Source of the DNA: Mobula hypostoma
Taxonomy: Eukaryota
DNA length: 64,000 bases
NCBI RefSeq assembly: GCF_963921235.1
Contig: NC_086109.1
Location: 4,404,001 to 4,468,000, forward strand
Reading direction: 5' to 3'
Position 1 is the first letter of the stretch. Each line of letters begins with the position of its first letter. A program made the translations under genes and the position numbers. Shown piece after piece: positions 1 through 12,739 of this stretch. The notes beneath the pieces were generated by a model, which worked only from the letters and a program-made list of their open reading frames with translations, was not told the DNA's origin and did no database searches.

Positions 1-545
1 ATTAGGAGTTTGGGAAGATTTGGTTTGTCAACTAAAACTTCTGCACATGTACCTTGGAGAGCAATCTGACAGACCGTATCACTGTCTCTACAGGGGTCCT
101 ACTGCACAGGATTGAAAGAAGCTACAGAAAATTGTAAAATTAGTCATTCCATCATGGGAATCAGCCTCCATTGTATCCAAGACAGCTTCAAGGAGCGGTG
201 TCTCAGAAAGGCAGCGTCCATCATTAAGGTCCCACACCATCCAGGACATGCCCCCTTCTCATTGTTACCATCAGGAAGGAGGTACAGAAGCCAGAAGGCA
301 CACACTCAGTGATTCAGGTACAGCTTCTTCCCCTCTGCCATCCAATTCCTAAATGGACATTGCACCCATGAACAAAACCTCACTTTTTAATTATTTCCGC
401 TTTTGCACTATTTTTAATTTAGTATATATTTAATGAAATTGATTTAATTATTTTTTTCTACATTATCATGTATTGCATTGTACTGCTGCCGTTAAGTTAA
501 CAAATTTCTCAACCAATGCCGGTGATATTAAACGTGACTCTGAAG
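1..545 (+). mobile_element. Rex1/Babar-type LINE 3' end
   Basis: CLRKAASIIK.PHHPGHA.FSLLPSGRRYRS C-terminus and a tail ending ggtgatattaaac. Many related copies in the window. Confidence 0.75.
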
Positions 546-844
546 ACGTAAATGTTCAAACTGGGCACACACGCAGTAGGATGGAGCTCAGGCGGATGTG
601 ATAGGGAGAAGTCAGGGTATAGCTCCAGCGGACCTGAAAGGGCGAACCAGGGGCGGCCACAGAGAAGGCACCACAGGAAATGGCAGCAGGGTCATGAGCA
701 GGGAGATGGGAAGAAAAACTTGAAGGCACATTTTAAGGTGAGAAGCCAAAGATTTATAGTGGGCCTGAGGGGCAAGCTTTTTACTATGAAGGTGTTGGGT
801 ATGTGGAACAAGCTGTCAAAGAAGGTTGTAGATCAGGCACAATT

Positions 845-2250
845 ACAAGGGAGGGAGGCAGAAGACAGGATGTTATAGACCAGTTAGCCTGACTTCATTG
901 GTGGGAAGATGTTGAAGTCAGTTATTAGGGATGAGGTTTCGGGATTCTTGGAAGTACATGATAAATTAAGCTAGAGTCAGCGTGGTTTTCTTACAGGGAA
1001 ATCTTGCCTTATAAATCTGCTGGAATTCTCTGAGGAAATGACAGGTAGGGTAGACAAAGGAGAGTCAGAGGATGTTGTTTACTTGGATTTTCAGGTCTTT
1101 GACAAGGTGCTGCACATGAGACTGCTTAACGAGATAACAGCACATGGTATTGCAAGAAAGGTACTAGCATGGATAGAAGGCTGCTGGCAGGCAGGGAACC
1201 GAGTGTGGGAATAAAGGAGGTCTTTTCTGGTTGGTTGCCAGTGACTAGTGGTGTTTCACAGGGGTAAGTGTTTGGACCACTCCTTTTCACATTATATGTG
1301 AATGATTTGGATGATGAAATTAATGGGTTTGTGACCAAGTTTCCAGATGATATGAAGATAGGTGGAGGGGCAAGTAGTGTTGAGGAAGCAGGGCATCTGC
1401 AGAAGGACTTAGACAGATTGGGAGAATGGACAAAGTGCCAGATGGAATACGGTGTAAGGCCGTGCACTTTGGTGGAAGGAATAAAGGTGCCGATTATTTT
1501 CAAAGTGGGAAAAAAATTAAAAATCAGAGGTGCAAAGGAACTTGAGAGTCCTTGTTCAGGATTCCCTAAAGTTAATTTGCGGGCTGAGTCAGTGGTAAGG
1601 AAGGCAAACACAATGCTAACATCAATTTCAAGAGGATCAGAATACAAGAGGAAGAATGTAATGCTGAGGCTTTATAAGGCATTGGTCAGACCGCACTTTG
1701 AGTATTGTGAGCAGTTTTGAGCCCCTTATCTAGGTAAGATGTTCTGGCACTGGAGAAGGTCCAGAGGAGATTCACAAGAATGATTCTGGAAATGAAAGGG
1801 TTAATGAGTAAGAAGCATTTGATGGCCCTGGGCCTGTACTCACTGGAATTTAGAAAAATGAGGGGGGAATCTTATTGAAACTAATGGAATATTTAAAGAT
1901 CTGGGTAGAGTGGATGTGCAAAGGATATATCCTATAGTAGGTGAGTCCGGGACTGGAGGTAACTTACTCTGACGAGAGGGACATCCATTTAGAACAGAGA
2001 TGAGGAGGTATTTCTTTAACCAGAGGGTAGTGAATCATTGCCACAGATGGCTGTGGAAGACGAGTCATTGAGTATATTTAAAGCAATGGTTGATAGGTTT
2101 TTGATTAGTCAGTGTGTCAAAGGTTATGAGGAGAAGGCAGGAGAATGGGGTAGAGAGAGATAATAAATCACCCGTGATGAATTGGCGGAGCAGACCTAAT
2201 GGGCCAAATGGCCTAATTCTGCTCTTATGTTTTTCAGTCTTATGGTCAAA
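845..2250 (+). mobile_element. CR1/HER1-type LINE, degenerate 3' half (RT)
   Basis: GPLLFTLYVNDLD, KFPDD (FADD), LYKALVRPHFEYC motifs and CR1-like 3' UTR. Confidence 0.9.
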
Positions 2251-3228
2251 TGTGACCAACGCAAGTAGGTGACTTTGGCCGGGATGGATGAGTTGGGCTG
2301 AAGGGCCTGTCTCTGTGCTGTATAACTCTATGAGTGAACTCAGTGACTAGACCTCTATCAAGGCCCCTGCAATCTCCCTCCTCACCTCTCTCAGTATTCA
2401 GGGGTAGATTCCACCAGGCCCTGAGGATTTACCCAACCTAACCTTTCTCAATACACCCAACACGTCTAGTTTCTTAATATTTAGCCCAAAATATTAACAT
2501 ACACTCCCTGATCTCACTCTTATCCATGTCCTTCACCTTGGTGAATACCTGGGCAAAATACTCCTAAAAACCTGCCTCCTTTACTCAGTAACAGACACTA
2601 ACCTCCCCACCATCGAGGACACCCTCAAAAGGTGGTGCCGCAGGAAGCCAGAATCCACCAAGAAGGAGCCCCACCACCCAGGACATGCCTTTTCTCACTG
2701 CTCTCATCAGGAAGCTCTCAGCAGGAGCCTAAAGACACACACTAAATGTTTAAAAAGCAGATTCTTCCCCTCTGCTATCAGATTTCTGACAGACGTTGAA
2801 CCCATGAACACTACCTCACTATTTTTGCTCTCCTTTTGCACTACATATCTATATTTATAATTCATTTTTATTGCAGTTTATTTATTTAGTGATCCAGCAC
2901 AGCGTAGGCCCTTCTGGGCCTTCGAGCCACGCTGCCTCAGCGACCCCCAACAAACCTAATCACGGGACAATTTACAATGACCAGTTAACCCACCCGGTAC
3001 GTCTTTGGACAGTGGGAGGAAACCAGAGCACCTGGAGGAAACGCGCGTGGTCACTGGGAGAACTTACAAACTCCTTACAGACTGCAGGGGGAATTGAATC
3101 CCGCTTGCTGGGTCCTGCAGGTGGAATCAGTATTAACCTGACAAAACAACGGGCACATGGAAGAAGATTATTTGAAACACCTCTCCTTGTGACAGACGGA
3201 AATCCCCTGGAAAAAACACAGCACGCCC

Positions 3229-3525
3229 TGGCAGCACGGTAGCATAGCAGTTAGCATAGTGCTTTCCAGCGCTGATGAATGGGGTTCAATTCTGCTGCTG
3301 TCTATAAGAAGTTTGTACATTCGCCCCACAACAGCGTGCATTTCCCCCAGTGCTCTGGTTTCCTCCCACACTCCAACAACATACAGGTCAGCGTTAGTGA
3401 GTGGTGGGCGCTGGAAGCACGGCAACACTTGTGTGCTGCTCCCATCACAATCCTCGGATGTTGTTATTCGCTGACACAAACAACTCATTTCGCTGTATGT
3501 TTCCATGTACAAACAAAGATAAACT
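3229..3525 (+). mobile_element. tRNA-derived V-SINE (HE1-like); duplicate at ~8588-8884
   Basis: tRNA-like head with B-box ggttcaattc, and the core tgctctggtttcctcccaca. Confidence 0.75.
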
Positions 3526-3589
3526 TTGACATACTGGCCAAGGCGGGATGAAGAGCAACTAATTTACAGGTACATAGATATCCAGTTAC

Positions 3590-3727
3590 CAGTAGCCCAT
3601 GCTGACGTTCCTTTCATTTCATGCTTCTGAATTAAGGAAGGATTGCTTTTCTGGTCCAAACTATTTGATAGATCTGGGTCGCTCAAAAGCTCCGTGTTTT
3701 CTGTTCTACTGTATACGGTAATAGGGC
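3590..3727 (-). CDS. Duplicated copy of candidate stalk exon S2 (PDL instead of PDP)
   Basis: Same splice sites as 8949-9086, with one amino-acid difference visible in the ORF track. Confidence 0.5.
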
Positions 3728-3944
3728 CTGAAACATAAGGCAAAAAGAAACAGTAAGAGACAACCACCCTGTTTCTCTCACCCTCCCCTCCTTTTCAGTC
3801 CCTTCCAGGAGGCACTAGTCTATCCAGCATCAAGGGCATCTTCAAAAGGCAGCATCCATCATTAAGGGCCCCCATCACCAGGACATGCCCTCTTCTCATT
3901 GCTGCCATTAAGGTGAGGCTACAACAGCCTGAAGACACACACTC

Positions 3945-5120
3945 CACCATCAACACTACCCTCACCCACATCTCTTCCATTTCACACATGTCAGCCTTAA
4001 CCCTATCCTCCCCTTGCAATACCAGGGACAGGGTTCCTCTTGTTCTCACCTACCACCCCATTAGCCTCTATGCCCTGCACATAATTCTCCATAACTGCTG
4101 CCATCTCCGACAGGATCCCACCACCAAGCACATCTTTCCCTCCCCCATCCCTCAGCCCTCCCGACTTTCCACTTTCCGCAGGGATTGCTCCCTACATGAC
4201 TCCCTTATCCATTCATGTCACCCCGCTAATCTCCCTTCTGGCACTTATTCTTGCAAGCAGAACAAGTGCCACACCTGCTCCTACACCTCCTCCCTCACTA
4301 CCATTCAGGGCCTCAAACACTCCTTCCAGGTGAGGCAACACATCACCTGTGAGTCTGTTGGGGTCATCTATAGTATCCAGTGCTTCTGGTGTAGCCTCCT
4401 GTATATCAGTGAGACCCGACGTAGATTGGAAGACTGCTTCGCTGAACACCTACACTCCATCCACCAGAAGAAGTGGGATCTCCTTGTGGCCACCCATTTC
4501 AATTCTACTTCTGGTTCTCTTTCCAACATGTCAGTCCATGGCCTCCTCTACCACCACAATGAGGCCACACTCAGGCTCGAGGAGCAATACCTTAGATTCC
4601 ATCTGGGTAGCTTCCAACCTGATGACATGAAAATCAATTTCTTCTTCCAGTATAAAAATTTCCACACCCCCTCCCCTCTTCTTCTTTTCTCCACTCTGGC
4701 TTCAAAATTCCAGTAATTGCCCCACCCCCTTCACCATTCACCATTTCTCTTTCCCTCTCTCTTCTATCCTTACCTGCCCATCACCTCCCTCTGGGTCTCC
4801 TCCTCCTTCCCTTTCTTCCATTCTCTTCTACTCTCTCCTATCAGATTCCCCCTCCGCCAGTCCTTCATCTCTTTCACCGATCAACTTCCCAGCTCTGTAC
4901 TTCACCCCCTCCCCCTGTCCCAGTTTCACCTATCACCTACCACCTTGTACTTCTTCCTCATTTCTCTCCCGACCCCCCACCCCCACCTTCTTACTCTGAC
5001 TTCTCATCCTTTTTCTCTCAGGTCTGAAGAAGAGTCTCGGCCTGAAACGTCAACTGTTTGTTCCTTTCCATAGATGCTGCCTCAGCTGCTGAGTTCCTCC
5101 AGCATTTTGTGTGTGTTGCC
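3945..5120 (+). mobile_element. Penelope-like element 3' part (GIY-YIG endonuclease + pLTR); duplicate at ~9304-10480
   Basis: RVPLVLTYHP, C..KCHTC, VIYSIQC..C.LLYISETRRRL..CFAEH, VATHFN motifs. Pyrimidine-rich tail with a degenerate hammerhead motif at 5020-5055. Confidence 0.9.
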
Positions 5121-5654
5121 TGCAAAGATTCAGGAACAGCTTCTTCCCCTCCACCATCAGATTCCTGAATGGTCATTGAACCCATCAACACTACTTCACT
5201 ACTCTTCTTCCCTTTCCTTCTGCACTACTCACTTTATATATACAGTCTCTACGCATACACATATTATGCATATATATTTCTTATCGTAATTCATATATTT
5301 TATTATGATGTATTGCAACGTACTGCTATTGAATAACAACAAATGTCATGACATATGCCAGTGATATTAACCCTGATTCTGATTGTGAATGTGTGAACAT
5401 TAGTAACGAAGAAGCCAGTCTCTCAGGCTTTGGTCTGTTCCTCTCCAACTCTCTGCAACTCCAATGAAGAGCTGCTGTCTCCGTGGAGAAGGAACAGACC
5501 CCACTCACTGACTTCTCTTCTTCTGCATAGACACCTGTTCCAGTCATGAGTGTGAGACTGGATCAGAGGATTCCCTGGTTCTGCCTGGAGCCTGGGAGCC
5601 GATGGCCAAAGGGAGGTGGTGTGAGTGCCGGGAGAAAGAGACCATAAAACATAA

Positions 5655-5895
5655 GAAAACAAAATGCTGGAGGAACTCAGCAGGCCAGGCAGCACCTATG
5701 GAAATGAGTACAGTCGACATTTCGGGCTGACACTCTTCCTCACAACTGGGGAAAAAAGGTCTTTTATTCTCCAGTCCAGAGGAAGGGTCTTGGCCAAAAC
5801 ATCGACTATACTCGTTTCCATAGTTCTGCCTGGCCTGCTGAGTTCCTCCAGCATCTTGTGTGTGTTGCTTGGAATTTCAGCATCTTCAGACTTTC
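5655..5895. mobile_element. Inverted pair of Penelope pLTR ends (hairpin); also at ~11020-11260 and ~61460-61660
   Basis: aaaatgctggaggaactcagcaggccaggcag ... ctgcctggcctgctgagttcctccagcatc are reverse complements. Confidence 0.8.
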
Positions 5896-6211
5896 TGTTC
5901 TTTGTAATAAGACATAGGGTCATTTGCCCATTCAAAGCCGCTCTGCCATTCCATCATAGTTGATTTATTGTCCCTCTCAACCCCATTCTCCCCATAACCT
6001 TTGACACCTTTACTAATCAAGAATATTTCAACCTGCACTTCAAACTTGACTTGACCTCCACAACCTCTTGGGCAATGAGTTCCACAGACAGGGACTTTGA
6101 ATTCCATTCAAAGGGACATCCTTACATTCAGAGGCTGTGCCCTCTGGTCCTGGACTCCCCCACTATAGGCATCATTCTGAGTGGCAGACCACAAGGATAT
6201 AGAGAATTCAC

Positions 6212-6307
6212 ATTGGAAATCTGCATTCTCTGAGCTGCTGGCTTCGCTACTTTTTTTTATTGGAAGAGATGTTCTGGGGGAAATTTGAAGACCGGCTGGC
6301 AGGAACC
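6212..6307 (-). CDS. Duplicated copy of candidate stalk exon S1
   Basis: Same sequence and splice sites as 11577-11672, inside the tandem duplication. Confidence 0.4.
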
Positions 6308-7214
6308 CTGTGAAAAATGAAATGAGCACTATCCCAGGACAATTGTGCAGGTAAACTCCAGAACACCACCCACCCACCCAGTGTAGACTGCCCACACCGA
6401 TGCTTTCATCGACAGCATCCCACGCAGCCAGTGATCAGCTGCCAGCATTCAACACCTGGGCTACATCACCTGTACAGTTTGGAGGGGGGTGACTCCAGGC
6501 ACCAGTACCCGTGCAGCGAATGGTCTCTTGACCGGTCAAGCTATGGCCCTCGTCACAGGAATAATTCGCCATGTATCCGTACAGCCATTCCTCTCCCTCA
6601 GTCACAGTGCCATGGCTGATCGTCGGTGGATGGTCACACTTTCTTACTGTAAAACAGAGAGTGAAACTGTCGTCACCAGTGGTTACAGGCAGGAGTGATC
6701 GGGGAGGTGAGACAAGTGACTGTCCTGACTGAGATCAAACAGATTTACGATGGTCACTTGGAGAGTTTATTCTCAGTAGTACCTGACAGCTGTCACTCCC
6801 CAAGGTCAATTCCACCAATCACACTCAGTTATTCCTTCCAGCGGTCATTCCCGGTGGCAATTCCCAGATGTTAATCCCAGCAGACATTCCCAGAGGCCAA
6901 TCCCCACAGTTACTCCCAGTGGTCACTTCTGATGGTCATGTCCAGCAATTACTGAGACAACTCTTGACATTCACTTTTGGTCCTGAGAAACTCAGGACAC
7001 TCCTCAAAGCATCCTGTCAGCCTCCGGGAGCTACTACAATCCCTCCCCACAACTCCCAGCAACTCCTGTCCGTTGCCATTTCGACAAATGCCGGGATCAA
7101 GAAGGTCTAAGGGATTCGGACCGAACTTCAGCAAGTGGGATTAGCGTAGAGAGTCCGACAGTGGGCTTGGACCATGTGTTCTACAGAAACCTTTCTTCCT
7201 GTACAAAGCCTTGA

Positions 7215-7548
7215 CGATCACCTGTACAGATTGGAGGGGGATGACTCCATTCCCCGGTGTCCGTGCAGTAAATGGTCTCTTGTCCGGTCAAGGTATAGCC
7301 CTCGTCGCACAAATAATTCGCCTCGGCCTCATACAGCCACTCCTCTCCCTCAGTCACAGTGCCATGGCTGATCGTCGGTGGATGGTCACACTTTCTTACT
7401 GTAAAACAGAGAGTGGAACTGTCGTCACCAGTGGTTACAGGCAGGAGTGATCGGGGAGGTGAGACAAGTGACTGTCCTGACTGAGATCAAACAGATTTAC
7501 GATGGTCACTTGGAGAGTTTATTCCAGCCGGTCACTCCCAGCGGTCAC
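7215..7548. repeat. Third copy of a ~300-bp segment also at ~6465-6772 and ~11830-12160
   Basis: Shared sequence ...cagtgccatggctgatcgtcggtggatggtcacactttc...gatggtcacttggagag. Confidence 0.9.
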
Positions 7549-8948
7549 AGATAGTGGTCAGTCAGATGCAGTGGATACCAGCGGTGATCATGAGGTGGAT
7601 GCTCCTGTAAGGAGTGAGCTGGTTCTGACTGTGCTGTAGGCTTTCTATGTGAGGGAGATGCTACCCTGCAGGGACCCCTCCTGCACTCCACACTTCAATT
7701 GCTGGGTCTTTGGTGGGAGCTCCCATCTGTCTCTATGCAGTTAGTGCCCCAGGGATTAGATGTTATACTCTGAAAGGGATTTGGAGCACAGGAAAACTGT
7801 TTCGGTCACCAACATATTTCCTTGACAATGTCAAAAGGCTCAGTAAGTCAAGTCAGGTCACGTTTACAGCCATTTAACTACATACATGTATTCTGTCAAA
7901 CGAGACAACATTTCTCTGAACCAGGGTGTAAAGCACAGTAAAGTACACACAATATCTTATGAAAGTACGGATAAAATCTACAGATTGATCCTGCATAAGT
8001 AAACAAACTGAAATATAAATTAAATATTGTAAGGTATGGAACAGATTAACCAGTCACAGTTTGAATGCGATGTGACAGGGATTTCAGAAGCCCAGTGGCC
8101 TGGGGGAGAAACTGTTTCCCATCCTGTTTCCCAACCGTTCTTGTTTTTATGCATTACTCCTCCCTGATGTGGAAAGTCAAAAAAGGATGCTGGATGGATG
8201 TCTGGGATCCTTGATAATACTAAGGGCCCTGCATGCTCAGCGCTCCTGATAAATGCCAACAGATGGTAGGGGACGCCTGTGATCCTCTCAGCCATTCTCA
8301 CAGTCCTTCGTATGGACTTCCAGTCCGATGCTCAGCTGCTACATACCAGATAGAGATGCAACTTGGCAGGACTCTCTTAATGTCCAATGTCTCACCCACT
8401 ACCTCAAAGCTTCCAAGTGTGTATACAGACTCCTTACAGACTGCAGGGGGAATTGAATCCCACTTGCTGGGTCCTGCAAGTGGAATCAGTATTAACCTGA
8501 CAAAACAACGGGCACATGGAAGAAGATTATTTGAAACACCTCTCCTTGTGACAGACGGAAATCCCCTGGAAAAAACACAGCACGCCCTGGCAGCACGGTA
8601 GCATAGCAGTTAGCATAGTGCTTTCCAGCGCTGATGAATGGGGTTCAATTCTGCTGCTGTCTATAAGAAGTTTGTACATTCGCCCCACAACAGCGTGCAT
8701 TTCCCCCAGTGCTCTGGTTTCCTCCCACACTCCAACAACATACAGGTCAGCGTTAGTGAGTGGTGGGCGCTGGAAGCACGGCGACACTTGTGTGCTGCTC
8801 CCATCACAATCCTCGGATGTTGTTATTCGCTGACACAAACAACTCATTTCGCTGTATGTTTCCATGTACAAACAAAGATAAACTTTGACATACTGGCCAA
8901 GGCGGGATGAAGAGCAACTAATTTACAGGTACATAGATATCCAGTTAC

Positions 8949-9086
8949 CAGTAGCCCATGCTGACGTTCCTTTCATTTCATGCTTCTGAATTAAGGAAGG
9001 ATTGCTTTTCTGGTCCAAACTATTTGATGGATCTGGGTCGCTCAAAAGCTCCGTGTTTTCTGTTCTACTGTATACGGTAATAGGGC
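8949..9086 (-). CDS. Gene B candidate S/T/P-rich stalk exon S2 (PITVYSRTENTELLSDPDPSNSLDQKSNPSLIQKHEMKGTSAWAT)
   Basis: Strong acceptor tttctttttgccttatgtttcag, donor G|GTAACT. 138 nt, symmetric phase 1, non-repeat sequence. Confidence 0.65.
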
Positions 9087-11576
9087 CTGAAACATAAGGC
9101 AAAAAGAAACAGTAAGAGACAACCACCCTGTTTCTCTCACCCTCCCCTCCTTTTCAGTCCCTTCCAGGAGGCACTAGTCTATCCAGCATCAAGGGCATCT
9201 TCAAAAGGCAGCATCCATCATTAAGGGCCCCCATCACCAGGACATGCCCTCTTCTCATTGCTGCCATTAAGGTGAGGCTACAACAGCCTGAAGACACACA
9301 CTCCACCATCAACACTACCCTCACCCACATCTCTTCCATTTCACACATGTCAGCCTTAACCCTATCCTCCCCTTGCAATACCAGGGACAGGGTTCCTCTT
9401 GTTCTCACCTACCACCCCATTAGCCTCCATGCCCTGCACATAATTCTCCATAACTGCTGCCATCTCCGACAGGATCCCACCACCAAGCACATCTTTCCCT
9501 CCCCCATCCCTCAGCCCTCCCGACTTTCCACTTTCCGCAGGGATTGCTCCCTACATGACTCCCTTATCCATTCATGTCACCCCGCTAATCTCCCTTCTGG
9601 CACTTATTCTTGCAAGCAGAACAAGTGCCACACCTGCTCCTACACCTCCTCCCTCACTACCATTCAGGGCCTCAAACACTCCTTCCAGGTGAGGCAACAC
9701 ATCACCTGTGAGTCTGTTGGGGTCATCTATAGTATCCAGTGCTTCTGGTGTGGTCTCCTGTATATCAGTGAGACCCGACGTAGATTGGAAGACTGCTTCG
9801 CTGAACACCTACACTCCATCCACCAGAAGAAGTGGGATCTCCTTGTGGCCACCCATTTCAATTCTACTTCTGGTTCTCTTTCCAACATGTCAGTCCATGG
9901 CCTCCTCTACCACCACAATGAGGCCACACTCAGGCTCGAGGAGCAATACCTTAGATTCCATCTGGGTAGCTTCCAACCTGATGACATGAAAATCAATTTC
10001 TTCTTCCAGTATAAAAATTTCCACACCCCCTCCCCTCTTCTTCTTTTCTCCACTCTGGCTTCAAACTTCCGGTAATTGCCCCTCCCCCTTCACCATTCAC
10101 CATTTCTCTTTCCCTCTCTCTTCTATCCTTACCTGCCCATCACCTCCCTCTGGGTCTCCTCCTCCTTCCCTTTCTTCCATTCTCTTCTACTCTCTCCTAT
10201 CAGATTCCCCCTCCGCCAGTCCTTCATCTCTTTCACCGATCAACTTCCCAGCTCTGTACTTCACCCCCTCCCCCTGTCCCAGTTTCACCTATCACCTACC
10301 ACCTTGTACTTCTTCCTCATTTCTCTCCCGACCCCCCACCCCCACCTTCTTACTCTGACTTCTCATCCTTTTTCTCTCAGGTCTGAAGAAGAGTCTCGGC
10401 CTGAAACGTCAACTGTTTGTTCCTTTCCATAGATGCTGCCTCAGCTGCTGAGTTCCTCCAGCATTTTGTGTGTGTTGCCTGCAAAGATTCAGGAACAGCT
10501 TCTTCCCCTCCACCATCAGATTCCTGAATGGTCATTGAACCCATCAACACTACTTCACTACTCTTCTTCCCTTTCCTTCTGCACTACTCACTTTATATAT
10601 ACAGTCTCTACGCATACACATATTATGCATATATATTTCTTATCGTAATTCATATATTTTATTATGATGTATTGCAACGTACTGCTATTGAATAACAACA
10701 AATGTCATGACATATGCCAGTGATATTATTATTAACCCTGATTCTGATTGTGAATGTGTGAACATTAGTAACGAAGAAGCCAGTCTCTCAGGCTTTGGTC
10801 TGTTCCTCTCCAACTCTCTGCAACTCCAATGAAGAGCTGCTGTCTCCGTGGAGAAGGAACAGACCCCACTCACTGACTTCTCTTCTTCTGCATAGACACC
10901 TGTTCCAGTCATGAGTGTGAGACTGGATCAGAGGATTCCCTGGTTCTGCCTGGAGCCTGGGAGCCGATGGCCAAAGGGAGGTGGTGTGAGTGCCGGGAGA
11001 AAGAGACCATAAAACATAAGAAAACAAAATGCTGGAGGAACTCAGCAGGCCAGGCAGCACCTATGGAAATGAGTACAGTCGACATTTCGGGCTGACACTC
11101 TTCCTCACAACTGGGGAAAAAAGGTCTTTTATTCTCCAGTCCAGAGGAAGGGTCTTGGCCAAAACATCGACTATACTCGTTTCCATAGTTCTGCCCGGCC
11201 TGCTGAGTTCCTCCAGCATCTTGTGTGTGTTGCTTGGAATTTCAGCATCTTCAGACTTTCTGTTCTTTGTAATAAGACATAGGGTCATTTGCCCATTCAA
11301 AGCCGCTCTGCCATTCCATCATAGTTGATTTATTGTCCCTCTCAACCCCATTCTCCCCATAACCTTTGACACCTTTACTAATCAAGAATATTTCAACCTG
11401 CACTTCAAACTTGACTTGACCTCCACAACCTCTTGGGCAATGAGTTCCACAGACAGGGACTTTGAATTCCATTCAAAGGGACATCCTTACATTCAGAGGC
11501 TGTGCCCTCTGGTCCTGGACTCCCCCACTATAGGCATCATTCTGAGTGGCAGACCACAAGGATATAGAGAATTCAC

Positions 11577-11672
11577 ATTGGAAATCTGCATTCTCTGAGC
11601 TGCTGGCTTCGCTACTTTTTTTTATTGGAAGAGATGTTCTGGGGGAAATTTGAAGACCGGCTGGCAGGAACC
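11577..11672 (-). CDS. Gene B candidate Ser-rich stalk exon S1 (RFLPAGLQISPRTSLPIKKSSEASSSENADFQ)
   Basis: Strong acceptor tcatttcatttttcacag, weaker donor T|GTGAAT. 96 nt, symmetric phase 1, open in the required frame. Confidence 0.5.
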
Positions 11673-12302
11673 CTGTGAAAAATGAAATGAGCACTATCCC
11701 AGGACAATTGTGCAGGTAAACTCCAGAACACCACCCACCCACCCAGTGTAGACTGCCCATACCGATGCTTTCATCGACAGCATCCCACGCAGCCAGTGAT
11801 CAGCTGCCAGCATTCAACACCTGGGCTACATCACCTGTACAGTTTGGAGGGGGGTGACTCCAGGCACCAGTACCCGTGCAGCGAATGGTCTCTTGACCGG
11901 TCAAGCTATGGCCCTCGTCACAGGAATAATTCGCCATGTATCCGTACAGCCATTCCTCTCCCTCAGTCACAGTGCCATGGCTGATCGTCGGTGGATGGTC
12001 ACACTTTCTTACTGTAAAACAGAGAGTGAAACTGTCGTCACCAGTGGTTACAGGCAGGAGTGATCGGGGAGGTGAGACAAGTGACTGTCCTGACTGAGAT
12101 CAAACAGATTTACGATGGTCACTTGGAGAATTTATTCCAGCCGGTCACTCCCAGCGGTCACTCTATTTTTATAACAATATTAACTCTTGTTATGCAGCGT
12201 GGTGTTGCACTTAACATAAAGGGACAGTACACAGTTAATAGCAGCATCCTCAACAGTGTTAACATTCAGAGGGATGTCAGCGTCAAAGCCTATAGCTCCC
12301 TT

Positions 12303-12669
12303 TCTTTATAACTTTTTTATTCAATTTTCAAACTTGATTACATGGAGTAATAATATCTACCCTCCCCCCTCCTTTTAACCCTTCCCCCCCCCATACATAC
12401 CCCTACCTAAAAGAAAGGAAGGAAAAAGAAAAAACAACAGAAAAAAAAATGAAAGACCGCCTGGATATTGGAAGGTCTCCACATGCTCCATGGGATTCAA
12501 AATAAATTTAATATATGTATTTGTTTCTTTCCCCAAAGGACCAACATCTTTATCCTCGCAGCACCTACATATACAATCCTAACTTTTGTAAATAAGGGTG
12601 CCAAATATTAAAAAATGTATCATATTTATTTCTTAAATTATAAGTAATTTTTTCAAGTGGAATACAGCT
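12303..12669 (-). mobile_element. 5'-truncated L1/Tx1-clade LINE with 18-bp TSD
   Basis: TSD AAAGCCTATAGCTCCCTT at 12285-12302 and 12670-12687. ORF2-end-like LEKITY..F..IWHPY, AATAAA and an A-rich tail on -. Confidence 0.8.
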
Positions 12670-12739
12670 AAAGCCTATAGCTCCCTTAAAGTGACCACTC
12701 ATGTTGACAGGGAGTTCAAGAAGGATCACAACATGTTTG

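Larger units (their letters stand above)
3065..6772. repeat. Tandem segmental duplication, copy 1 (~3.7 kb)
   Basis: Near-identical to 8424-12137 (offset 5359-5365). Paired ORFs in the track are identical or differ by a few residues. Confidence 0.95.
8424..12137. repeat. Tandem segmental duplication, copy 2
   Basis: See copy 1. Carries a 6-nt insertion (gatattattattaacc) near 10725. Confidence 0.95.

Noticed and set aside
3913..4716. 267-aa ORF as a host gene
   Set aside because: It is a Penelope GIY-YIG fragment with altered catalytic-motif residues (YIS for YIG), fused to a LINE fragment and lacking RT.
10872..10956. Possible extra gene B exon ending at a GTGAGT donor (also in the duplicate)
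   Set aside because: The available acceptors give stops in phase 1 or are phase-incompatible with the flanking exons.
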